DNA of 57,542 bases, counting the filler, from Sphacelaria rigidula (taxonomy: Eukaryota): the NCBI GenBank assembly GCA_964200075.2. It is 8 parts of 8 records of this genome, joined end to end, with 100 filler letters (N's around TTAATTAATTAA, not from the genome) between each part and the next. Parts side by side here need not be neighbours in the genome. Positions count along the whole stretch, not along the records: positions 7,207 to 14,312 come from CAXNAA020016456.1; positions 14,413 to 21,517 come from CAXNAA020016457.1; positions 21,618 to 28,722 come from CAXNAA020016458.1; 5 more parts are not named here. The stretch is one strand, 5' to 3'. Of the stretch, positions 11,698-22,242 are shown in pieces. The position numbers and the translations under genes are program-made. Under the pieces are notes generated by a model. The model was not told where the DNA came from. It searched no databases and saw only the letters and a list, made by a program, of their open reading frames with translations. Numbering within the stretch: the first letter of the stretch is position 1; every line of letters starts with the position of its first letter.

Positions 11698-14600
11698 GTG
11701 TGTGAGTACATGTACAGCAAATGTTACCTTCAGCCGATGGCAATAGTTCAATATCCTTGCCCACGGGGTTTTGTTCAGACGAGAGAAGCCAGTGAAGATT
11801 CGAGACCGGCTGGGGCGTCAAACCGGGTGGGGAGGGGGGGGGCGGGTGATGCTCGCGGAGTAGCTCCTCATGATGTGCAAGTAGATAGCGCTCTTCCTAA
11901 GCGCAATGAGAGACTGAATGAAGGTGGCTGCTGCTGGGGGTGATGCGTGCGCACTGTGTCTTCCAGGTCATGTTCCATCCCATAATTCTGGGGCATGCCA
12001 GTAGCCTGGAAATCTGGTTTCGTTGTAACGTGTTCAGACAGAGGAATGCTGTTGTGTTGTTCTTTTCAGGAGCTTACGAGTACCGCGGGTATTTGATTTT
12101 TCATTTTGACGGGTCCAAAGCAGATGGACAGTCTGAAAGTAGTGATGATGTAGTGGCGATGGGTGATGGGACGCCTGGTCATTTGTGTTGGTTCGCATTT
12201 AGTAGGGATGTTGTGTGGGTCTCTGTATGTATGCTCGATGTGTTCAAGGCGGGATTGAGTCTACTGTAGGGAAAAGTAGGGAGAAAGGATCGGAAGGGCA
12301 TGATTTTAGAGTGCTCTTTGCTCTCTCGTACGTATTCTGCACGTTACAGCGTGCACAGGTGAATATCGATGAGTGGGAACGCATGTCGTGGCATGCCCCT
12401 CCATCTACTACATAGGGGGATCTGAGGCACATATCAAGAGTGGTACGCGACCTAGTTGGGAACTCATTGTACTCTGACAATCGTAGAGCAATGCACCGGC
12501 CTGGTGCTCCATATTGCATGAGGCATTCACAGTAAGAGCGCGTGGGTTCTACCTTTTTTTTCATTGCAAGTGTATGTTTCTTTCTGTGAGGATACGATTT
12601 GATTCCATTCTAACGATAAAACATTCATCGTATCCTTTTGGCTATTGTCTCTCCCTAGCATTGCCATTCTAGGGATCGTCCTCAGCTTCACTTCCCGGTC
12701 ACGTTGTGTCTTCGTCGCTTGGTTTTCCTACTCTCTATTTTTCCTTTTCTACTATTTGTTGATATGTTTTTATCTCTTGTTATTTCTCCTTCCCTCCTTT
12801 TTGTTTTTTACTCCGAGTCGTTTTAATGTTTACGTGTCTCCCTCGTGTAGTGACGACGGGTAAGAGGTCCTGCTCCATTGGTACGGTATCCAGATACCTC
12901 AGTCGCATCGTCCTTTCACGGTGCTGATTGTACGACCTCCTTACCCGACGCTCTGCTAGGAACGTGGCAGGGTTCATTCCCGGGACTGGTACCGCTTCCG
13001 AGCTTGGGCACCTTCTTCAGTTTACTGTGTGTGTGCGTCTGTCTTCCTGTCTGTGTGTTTCTGTCTGTGTTTCTGTCTGTGTGCCTGTCTTTACTGTTTT
13101 ATTCACCGCCTCCCGCCCTACCCTTGCTCCCGAGTTTCTTGTAGCGAGTGTTGTTTTGCATTTACAGTACCTAGATTTATAATGGACCAGTTGGTGTGCG
13201 ACAGATGAGTGAACTGAACGCACCACTTGATCGTTGCGTTTGTCCCTCTCGTGTGTTCGTATTTATTCGGCGTCGTTGTTGTCTTTTTTTTTTTTTGCTT
13301 CTCACGTCTTTTCAGTCATGTACAAAATGTCGTTTTTTTTACCGTTTTTTTTATCGTTTTTTTTTTGTCTCATTTCTTCTTTGTCCCCCACGCTTTAGTT
13401 TCGTGATGTGACAAACGCAGGCGTGGTTCGTTAAATTTTTGTCTTTCCGTCTTGCACAGTAGCCCAATTCGTTCTTCGGTTGTTGATTGCTTGAATTATT
13501 TGTTGGCTGGCGTCAGCTTCTTCGTCGGGTCGTGTGGGGGTGGGTAGGGTCATCCACCGCCGACATAAATAGCTCGCGTGTGTACGTCGTTGTTGAGTGT
13601 CTGCCGATGCTTTTATGATGTAGATTGTCCCTCCCCCCCCCCCCCCCTCATCTCGTGTATGTTGTCAGTCATTTTTTAAGACATAATATTCTTGACTAAC
13701 CATGCGTGATTTTATTCATTCCTATGGTGGAAAAGAGTATCGGCGCAGAGAGGAAGTGAGGAAAGGAGATTCAATTGTTGCACCATCATAGCAGATAAGC
13801 GTACTGTACTGTACCGAGTAGGGAGGAGGGAAAGGGCATTTGAGCGCTTGCCGAGAATTCCTAAGATACACGAGCAGCAGTAGATGGTTGGGGGTTGTGT
13901 ATGGCGATGATGGGCCCTTAATAATAAAGTATGCCGTACGGTGTGATGTACTCTATCGTGTACAATATCTAAAAAAGCGCATACTCAGAGTGCGTGGGAG
14001 TTTGTTCCGCCAAGTTTGACCGGAAAAAGAAGAGACCGCTAGACCTCTTGTTGGGCTCCACTTCTTCATGTGTTCACTGTACGTGCTTGAGCTGTGTCGG
14101 TGTTGTATAGTCGTCGGTATCTCATCAGGTAGTATGACTCTCATCATGTACGATGATTGACTCCGTCGTGAACTTCGATCTGTTGGGATGAAAGGGCGAC
14201 CATTCAGGGGGGTCTGCACAGGGTGACACATAAATGGGAAAAGGCACAATACCCCAGTTTTGCACTTAGCCCTTGTTTTGTTTAGGGGAGGGACCACGGC
14301 GGGAGGGGGGGGNNNNNNNNNNNNNNNNNNNNNNNNNNNNNNNNNNNNNNNNNNNNTTAATTAATTAANNNNNNNNNNNNNNNNNNNNNNNNNNNNNNNN
14401 NNNNNNNNNNNNCCCCCCCCACTCCCCCTCCCCCTGTGAGGGGTCCAAAATGAAAGAGTGGGAACATATTGTGGGTCTAGAAAATATATCTTTCGTGTAC
14501 CCCTGGTTGCTATATCATGATCCAAAGATGCGCATAGGTGTTTTTGCGCAACCGGGCGCGCACAGCATCATCCCGGTCCATTTGAGTCCACGCGTGTCAA

Positions 14601-15100
14601 TGGCACCGCTTCGTACATTATCATTTTTATTATGTATCCGGTTGCTCCTACCATGTAGCTAGATCTTTTCAAGCATTTGTGGTCAATTGGTCAACCTCCA
14701 GGCTCGTCAGGGTCTCCCATACATTGTAAAGATGTGCCGACTCGTCAACCAACAGGCGATCCTGAAAAATGGGAACTACAGCTTGCCATGGTAACGAACT
14801 GAGGTCGAAGTTGTGTACGATATAGGAGTACTAGGTTTAATCAATATCATACTGTGCTCCCTGTGTTCCGTTACACAACGTCGATTTGGGTTTTCGGATA
14901 TATAAGATCGATTTGAAGTTCTGGGCTGTTACGGTCGATGTAAGGGTAGCGATTGATGCAAAAAGTGATCGGGCGGAGTTTTAAGATGAATAAAAAGAAT
15001 TCGAGGACGAAATCGGGAAAATCCAACATCCCCAGTCTGGAGGATGTCCCTGGGTCTTGAGAGAGGATTCACACCTCAGGCTAAAAAGCGGGCTCACCAC

Positions 15101-15344
15101 CTCCTGGAAGTGCGCACCAGACTTCGAAACGCAAACATGTCAAGTCGGCAGAACGAGATGCAGCGATTCGGCATCTGCTCGCCTACATTAACAAGGGCGT
15201 CCTGCTCATGGGGGTCTGCTGCGTACGCACGCACCGTGGGCAGGACACCCTTGTTGCTGTGGGCGAGCAGATGCCGAATCACTACATGTCACTCTGCCGT
15301 GTTGTAATTGTTGCGTTTTGCAGTCCGGCTCGCACTTGCAGGAG
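15101..15344. repeat. 244-bp imperfect palindrome (foldback hairpin)
   Basis: Arms pair from CTCCTGGAAGTGCG / CGCACTTGCAGGAG inward to the central TGCGTACGCA. Includes a perfect 19-bp GATTCGGCATCTGCTCGCC / GGCGAGCAGATGCCGAATC. Confidence 0.9.
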
Positions 15345-16644
15345 CAGAAATGTTGAAATAATCTCTTTTCTTGCTGACCTTCAGAGTCGACACTGTCGTC
15401 TATCGGCGAGCGGTAAATTATCGCAACGTTGTGGCGGTGTGAGAGCACCATCTTGCAAAACAAAAGTTGAAGTCCGAAATGGTTGTCCCGTGTGTTCCTC
15501 GGAGCCGGCGCTTTTTTTTTTTTTTTCGAGAAAACGTCATGAGAAGATCTTTCACCGCAGCTTCAAAGTTGGGGCGGTGATTCCAGCCTGCTGTTGGTGA
15601 CATAAATCTCATTTTGTTTTCGAGCTGTTTCGACAAAGAACCAACATCAGCAGTCCCGCACCAGCGTCTGGAAACTGGTGGAAAAAAACGCTGGAAAAAA
15701 TTCGATCATCTCGCGGACATATGCTACAAAATGTCTGAATTGACTTTACATCACCGAACAGAGGGAGCATAAGAATTCGGCCTCAGTTGGTTCCAACAGA
15801 AACAAGGCAACCTCGGGCGGGTACTGGGTTGAACATCATATGCAATTTCGTCCTCGGTTCGTTCCCAAAGTAAAGAACCCCTTTTCATTTTTTTTCGGGG
15901 TTGCCTGTTAACGGATGGCTACTGCTGGCGATGACAGGGTCCTACCCCTTCACCGCCAGGATGTGCAATCGGTTCAATCGGCATCATTTTCACGCTCCAT
16001 CCTGCCTGGCGATGGAATGAATGGTGAATACCCCTTCATGCGAAGTACTGCAGTCGGTTTGAGTCCACGTACGTCACTGCGAACGTTTGTGTCACACGCC
16101 ATTCAACACATGCTTCCCTCCTTGTGACGGATCGCAAGATTTTGCGTGGTCAAAGGGTCACGCTTTCATCGTTAGTGTGGGAAATCTGGGTATTGGACGC
16201 AGTTTTGGAAAAAGAAGTTTTGGCGATTCAGCGGGTAACCCACATGGGCGATCAGAGGGTTAAGGGGAGATGGGGAACAGGGGATACGCGAAAAATGCAC
16301 GACGTGTTCATCGGCTGGGGGGAGAGACCTTCTCCGGTGAAAATGTGGAATGTCAGTGGAGATTGTAGGTGCCATCCTTCCAGTCCGGACTCGTTCATTT
16401 AAACGCTCTGCCAATTTGCCGTTTGTTCACAGACGGCGTCCCCGCTCATCCCATATCCTAACTAGTATAAAATTTGTTGACGCGCTCTCCTTGCCCGGTA
16501 CCAGGTGCTACGTCGTCTGCTCAAGTACACCGCTGCTCCTTGGTGACCCCGTAGGACACGGTCGTCCATTCTTCCCGCTGCACAAGGCCTCTAATACCTA
16601 TAAATCGACCTGGCGCAATCTAGAGTTTCACCGGGTGAAGACCA

Positions 16645-19518
16645 ATGGACAGTACAGCCCGCCAAACGTCAGCGAACCTGGTGCAGCTCCTTCGTGAAAA
16701 GGGTCCTTTATTAACTAGTTTGATTTGCGGATCGTATCAATCACGATTTCGTATACCATTCGATCTAGGGGGCCTCGGTATACGAAGGTCTATGTCGGCC
16801 GGCCTACTACCCGGTGTTGTGTACCGGAAAGAAGGTAAGAAGAGGTATTTGGCGGCAGAAAACGCGGGGGAAAGCGAGGCAGCTGCAGGGGTTCCGGTAA
16901 GCAGCGTCCCAACTGCGACTGCTTCCGCTCCGAAGAAAGAAGGGCTTGGCCATACGGTTAGCAAGCAGAACGCTGGCGCAAGAACACACGCAATATCCGC
17001 ACCTCACCCCACAGTCGGGACGACCAGACCTAAAGAGCTGGTGGCACAAAACGTGGGGGAAAGCGAGGCAGCTGGAGGGGTTCCGGTAAACAGCGCCCCA
17101 ACTGCGGCTGCTTCCTCTCTGAAGAAAGAAGGGCATGTTGAGGATAGCGAGCAGAAGGCTGGCGCAAGACCACACCTGATGTCTGCACCTCACTCCACAA
17201 CCAGGACGTCCAGACCTGGAGAGCCGGTGGCACAAACCGTCGGGGAAACCGAGGCAGCCGGAGGAGCTCCGGTAAACAGCGCCCCAACTGCGGCGGCTTC
17301 CTCTCTGAAGAAAGAAGGACATGTTGGGGATAGCGAGCAAAAGGCTGGCGCCAGAGCACACGCAATGTCTGCACCTCACTCCACATTCGCGATGTCCAGA
17401 CCTAAGGAGCTAGCGGTGCCAGGTCGTCTGACGGCCACGTATCCCGCCTCTTATCCTCCAGCTGTGATACGAAACACGGGTGACATCGAGGCAGCTGGAG
17501 GTGTGGGAAACGGTGCTCCGACTGCGGCTGCGTCCACTGCGAAGGAGGAAAAATACGTCAAGGTTAGCAACCAGACTAAGGCTGCCGCGAGAGCACACGC
17601 GATGTCTGCACCTCAACCCCCAATGGAGACATCCAAAGCTGAGGAGCTGGCGGCAGAAATCATGGAGGAAATCGAAGCAGCGGGAGTGGGTCTGGTCAAC
17701 AGCATCTCAATTGATTCTGCTTCCTCTACGAAGAAGGAGCGGAGAAAAGAGCGTCGCAAGCTTAAGGAGCAGGAGGCTGCCGCGAGAGCACACGCAATGT
17801 CTGCACCTCACCTGACAGTCGCAACGTCCAAAGCTAGGGAGCCGGTGGCAAAAAACCCGGACGAAACCGAGGCAGCTGGAAGAGATCGGGTCGACAGCAT
17901 CTCAACTGATACTCCTTCCTCTCCGAAGAAAAAGAAGTTGAAAAAAGAAGGGCGTGTTGAAGTTAGCCAGCAGAACGCTGGCGCAAGAGCGCACGTGGTG
18001 ACTGCACCTAACCCCACAATCGCGACCTTGAGACCTAGGGAGCCAGTGGTGCCAGGTTGTCTGATGTTCGCGGATCCTGCTTCGTACACTCCATCTTTGA
18101 CACAGAACGCAGGGGAAACCGAGACAGCTAGAGGAGATCTGGTCACCAGCGCCCCAACTGCTACTTCCTCTCTGAATAAAGAGGGGCATGTTGATGTTAG
18201 CGAGCAGAAGACTGGTGTGAGAGCACATGTAATATCGGCACCTCACCCCACAGTCGCGACATCCAGACCTGGAGAGCTGGCGGTGCCAGGTCGTTTGACG
18301 GCCACGCATCCCGCCTCGTACACTTCAGCTGTGAAAAAACTCACGGGGAACACCGAGGCAGCTGGAGATATGGTAAACAGCGCCCCAACAGCGGATACAT
18401 CCACTACGATGACAAGTGAGCACTTCGAGGTTAGCAAGCAGAAGAAGGCTGACGCGAGAGCACACGCAATGCCTGTACCTCAGCCCTTAATCGCGACGTC
18501 CAAAGCTCAGAAGCTGGCGGCACAAAAAGCGGCGAAAGCTGAGTCCAAAGCGAAGAAGAAGGCGGCACAAAAAGCGGCGAAAGCCGAGTCCGAAGCTAAG
18601 AAGAAGGCGGCACAAAAAGCGGCGAAAGCCGAGTCCAAAGCCAAGAAGAAGGCGGCACAAAAAACGGCGAAAACCGCAGCAGCTGGAGGAGGTCTGGTCA
18701 ACAGCGTCCCAACTTCGGCAACTTCCTCCCCTAAGCAAGGAGGGTATGTCGAGGTTAGTGAGCGTAATGCTACCGCGAGCGCACACGCGATGCCTGCACC
18801 TCACCCCACAGTCGCGACATCCAGACCCAGGGAGCTGGCGGGGCCAGGTCGTGTGATGGTCGCGGATCTCGCCTCGTACACTCCAGCTGTCACACAAAAC
18901 ACGGGGGACATCAAAGCAGCTGGAGAAGGCGTGGTAAACAGCGCCCCAACTGCGCCTGCTTCCTCTCCGGAGGAAAAAGGGCACGTCGAGGTAAGCGAGC
19001 AGAAGGCTGGTGCAAGAGCGCCCGCAGTGTCTGCATCTCACCACACATTCGGGACGTCCAGAGCTACGGAGCCGGCGGCACAAAACACGGGGAAAACCGA
19101 GGCAGCTGAAGGAGGTCCGGTCAACAAGGTCCCAACTGCGACTGCTTCCACTACGAAGAAAGTAAAGTATGTTAAGCTTAGCGAGCAGAAGGTTGGCGCA
19201 AGAGCACACGCCGGAGCTAAGGGGCCCACGGTGCTGATGGTCACCAATATCGCCTCGTACACTACAGCGGTGAAGATGTTTGTGCCTTGCGCCGAACGTA
19301 TCGGTGCCAAGACATTGATGCAGGCCTGTGCAGGGCGTGCGGTTGTCCTCGGGGTTGTGCAGGAGAGCGCTGACGACAAAATCACCGGAGCTGTCACCCA
19401 CATTCAGGCAAGCGTAAAGTTTAGGCAGGCGTGGAACGCCCCCACGACTGTGTTCGGTGAAGATTTTACCGGGTCGAGCTCAGGATGGTGGGGTATGCTG
19501 TCTGCTATTTCAGTCTAA
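16645..19518 (+). CDS. 957-codon ORF: LOTUS/OST-HTH-like N-terminus, ~11 tandem repeats, Lys/Ala insert and probable start of a DEDDy 3'-5' exonuclease-like domain; probably a first exon ending at 19407
   Basis: ATG-initiated 2.87-kb ORF whose repeat indels all keep the frame. The N-terminus LVQLLREKGPLLTSLICGSYQSRFRIPFDLGGLG..LLPGVV fits the LOTUS pattern. The C-terminus VLMVTNIASYTTAV..AVVLGVVQES..GAVTHIQ resembles the start of EXD1/Egl-type nucleases. CAG|GCAAGC at 19407/8 is a candidate donor. Coding is confident; the domain calls are moderate. Confidence 0.8.
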   Translation: MDSTARQTSANLVQLLREKGPLLTSLICGSYQSRFRIPFDLGGLGIRRSMSAGLLPGVVYRKEGKKRYLAAENAGESEAAAGVPVSSVPTATASAPKKEGLGHTVSKQNAGARTHAISAPHPTVGTTRPKELVAQNVGESEAAGGVPVNSAPTAAASSLKKEGHVEDSEQKAGARPHLMSAPHSTTRTSRPGEPVAQTVGETEAAGGAPVNSAPTAAASSLKKEGHVGDSEQKAGARAHAMSAPHSTFAMSRPKELAVPGRLTATYPASYPPAVIRNTGDIEAAGGVGNGAPTAAASTAKEEKYVKVSNQTKAAARAHAMSAPQPPMETSKAEELAAEIMEEIEAAGVGLVNSISIDSASSTKKERRKERRKLKEQEAAARAHAMSAPHLTVATSKAREPVAKNPDETEAAGRDRVDSISTDTPSSPKKKKLKKEGRVEVSQQNAGARAHVVTAPNPTIATLRPREPVVPGCLMFADPASYTPSLTQNAGETETARGDLVTSAPTATSSLNKEGHVDVSEQKTGVRAHVISAPHPTVATSRPGELAVPGRLTATHPASYTSAVKKLTGNTEAAGDMVNSAPTADTSTTMTSEHFEVSKQKKADARAHAMPVPQPLIATSKAQKLAAQKAAKAESKAKKKAAQKAAKAESEAKKKAAQKAAKAESKAKKKAAQKTAKTAAAGGGLVNSVPTSATSSPKQGGYVEVSERNATASAHAMPAPHPTVATSRPRELAGPGRVMVADLASYTPAVTQNTGDIKAAGEGVVNSAPTAPASSPEEKGHVEVSEQKAGARAPAVSASHHTFGTSRATEPAAQNTGKTEAAEGGPVNKVPTATASTTKKVKYVKLSEQKVGARAHAGAKGPTVLMVTNIASYTTAVKMFVPCAERIGAKTLMQACAGRAVVLGVVQESADDKITGAVTHIQASVKFRQAWNAPTTVFGEDFTGSSSGWWGMLSAISV
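16852..19212 (+). repeat. Coding tandem repeat: 10 full units of ~186-255 bp plus a partial 11th
   Basis: Consensus AQNxGETEAAGGxxVNSAPTAxASSxKKEGHVEVSEQKAGARAHAMSAPHxTxxTSRPxEL. Units 3, 6, 7 and 9 carry an extra ~17 aa (e.g. AVPGRLTATHPASYTSA). Confidence 0.95.
18517..18675 (+). repeat. 3.5 x 45-bp repeat encoding AAQKAAKAES(K/E)AKKK
   Basis: Near-identical 45-bp units GCGGCACAAAAAGCGGCGAAAGC... lie within the ORF. Confidence 0.95.
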
Positions 19519-20358
19519 CCGCAGCATCGGGCAGGGGACGGCGAGGTATATCATGAGCCACTTTGAAGCGTCGACGTACACAACGAGGGTTGTCTGGATG
19601 CTCTTGGTATCAACATGGTGGGCGTATTGGTACCGCTTGAGTATGCTTTCACACAATATGTCCAGACAGGCTCAGCGTGTGCGGGAAGCTGTGTACAATA
19701 CACCCGCGCACTCTCATGTCGTGCAATTTAACATTTCCCCACTGCTACCGTGGGGTCGCTCATTCAGTAGATGAAGGGCGACTAATCACCTCTAACGCAC
19801 ATAGGTCATCGTTGGACGATGCTGAAGGGATGCCGGTCCTACAAGATGGAAAAGGATGCGTCACTAGTTACCAAGGGTATGCGCATATGCAACGGTCTGT
19901 AAATACATGCTTACGCTCATCTTCCGCCGTGATCCTCGGTTGTGCTTAGTACATGTAGAGGAATGTATGGATCGAATTATGATTTAGTTCCGATTTGCCC
20001 GTCACAAGTCACTATTCCACTGAATATTTTCTTGACATCTCGGAACCAGCCAAAACAACTTTTGTATTGTTAACACTTGCATTACCCTTGCGCTCTGAGG
20101 TGACATAGAGCGCTGGCATTTTGCTCGGGACACAGAGGTGTTCGCGGCGACCTGTACGCTTCAAGCCAGTGCAGGATGACAGCGCATCTTGATACGGTTA
20201 TAGAGGTTGCAGTAATCCCACAATACGGGGGGGGGGAGGGGGGGGGGGGGGAAAAGGCCAAAAAAAAAAGAGATTTGGGGGGGTTTGCGGACCCCACACA
20301 GTCACTAGCGGTGCGGGNNNNNNNNNNGCGAGGGGGAGGGCGAGGGCAGCGGGGGAAG

Positions 20359-20401
<43 letters not shown>

Positions 20402-20574
20402 AATGCACAAAAGAAAAGAGTACTGGGTGTGTTTCATGACCTCACACATTCACTACGCGTTGGTGCATACGGTGGCAAGTGGCGGACTGTGTGCGTAGAT
20501 TGAAATTGAGACTCGTTTAAATACGGCGGCGCTTTAAACTTGCTCCTTTGTGAAAGAAACGACCTGAACCCCCG

Positions 20575-20628
<54 letters not shown>

Positions 20629-21617
20629 TTCCGGCGCGCGCCCGTTGATCGTAAGATACCTCCTCCAACAACTTCCACCCACTCTTGTCCTCAGTGCCTT
20701 TCGAGGTGCTGTGGACATATCGTGCATTGGGGCGTTCCTTACACTTGGCGCAGGCGCATCACGAGGCAGTGTACTGTATATTGAAGATGATCGTTCGTGC
20801 GCCCTCTTGGAGTTGTTCACTACCGAGTCTCTGCCTATACTTTGTCGTGACTGAGGATATGGTCGCGTGTATGGTGCGAGCATGGCTCTATTTTTGGTAT
20901 GCTAATCGAGCATCTCATCGACCCTCAGCCGTTGTGACTTTCGATTTTGTGTCGTTCGAACTCTGCGAGACAAGGTCATATAATGAAGTGTGTGTCGTGT
21001 AACCAGCACGATCTATCTCCACGATAAAGCTGCGAGACACGAGATGATGCTCTTACCGTACTTGGCTATTATACGTGACAACTGACATATGCACCCTTGT
21101 CCCCACAATGACACGAATCTCTTCGAAGGAGAAAAAATCGACGAGCGCGTGCAGTGATTTTGACCACGAGCTGAGGCAACCCTGTAGCCCCTCAGCGAGA
21201 CAAGCGCAGAGAACAGAGGATGGAGAGGGGAAAACGCGTTGGGTAAACCTAGCATATGAAAATATTGTCCATCGTGGTGAGACTTCACAGTACACAAAGA
21301 GAGGAATCAGCTCTTTACGGTGACCGTACAATCAGTGTCCACGACCGCGGTAACTTTGAGTCCAATATTACCTCAATTGCGCATATCGCGATGTGACCTG
21401 ATTTCACGTCTTATTCAGCGAGCGTCGCGTAGGCGTTAAATATTATGCACAGACATGGGTTGTAGAGGAGGGGGCTAGTTCGTATACGATAGCTTGGATC
21501 GAAGCACGTCAAGCTACNNNNNNNNNNNNNNNNNNNNNNNNNNNNNNNNNNNNNNNNNNNNTTAATTAATTAANNNNNNNNNNNNNNNNNNNNNNNNNNN
21601 NNNNNNNNNNNNNNNNN

Positions 21618-21787
21618 AGGCCCTTGATATCCCTGGGTAGGATATGGACGTGTAGCTGTAAGCACACGCAAGTGATGAAGGTGAAGAAAAGCACACGTGG
21701 AATTAAAAAATGACTCACTTAAAGCGAGCGATCAAAGCCACTCTCAATCCTACCATCTACTCTCAATCTCACGAAAACACTGTTGTT
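21618..21787 (-). mobile_element. Partial copy of the MITE at 4579-4883
   Basis: Aligns with the reverse complement of ~4585-4745 (ATATCCCTG.G.AGGATAT, GCACACGC.AGTG, TCTACTCTC.ATCTCACGAAAACA). Cut by the scaffold start. Confidence 0.8.
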
Positions 21788-21818
21788 CATGTTTCGCGTC
21801 CTCTTAGACTCATTTTTA

Positions 21819-22242
21819 TGGCAACGAATCTCGATTTGCACAAATATGAGGATTTCAGCCTGTCTACGGCGATTTTCTCCCGTGGATTGATTTTTCGGAC
21901 TCCAGCCCATTGGACAATGTTTTTCGCCTGGCTGTGAGCAAACCAGATCCATTTTACGATTTTCTGGATGTTGACTTTTGGTTCACCACCTTTCTGCTGA
22001 AATTGGAACACTCCCGCATCTCCCCCGATTTTTCCGGGGAGATGCGGGAGTGTCCCGATTTCAGCAGTACGATGATGTATCGAAAGTCAAGGCCCAGAAA
22101 ATCGGAGAATGATCTGGTTTGCTCACAGCTAGCCGAAAAACATTGCCTAACGGACTGGGGTCAGAAAAATCAATCCAAGGGAGAAAATCGCCTGTAGACA
22201 GGCTGAATTCCTCATATTTGTACAAATCGAGATTCGTTGCCG
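21819..22242. mobile_element. 424-bp foldback MITE (almost entirely inverted repeat)
   Basis: GGCAACGAATCTCGATTTG...CAAATCGAGATTCGTTGCC termini. The arms pair continuously to a central loop of under 10 nt at ~22030. Confidence 0.9.

Noticed and set aside
16599-16604. TATAAA 40 bp upstream of the 957-aa ORF
   Set aside because: A single short motif with an alternative at 16466 and no TSS evidence.
18487-19401. Long antisense ORFs (also 9736-10404, 10190-10762, 16807-17379)
   Set aside because: Shadow frames of GC-rich real coding sequence on the + strand.
20226-20628. Poly-Gly/poly-Pro ORFs and G-quadruplex or G/C hairpin (also 34836-35015, 54195-54375)
   Set aside because: Homopolymer tracts next to N gaps, with unreliable length and sequence.
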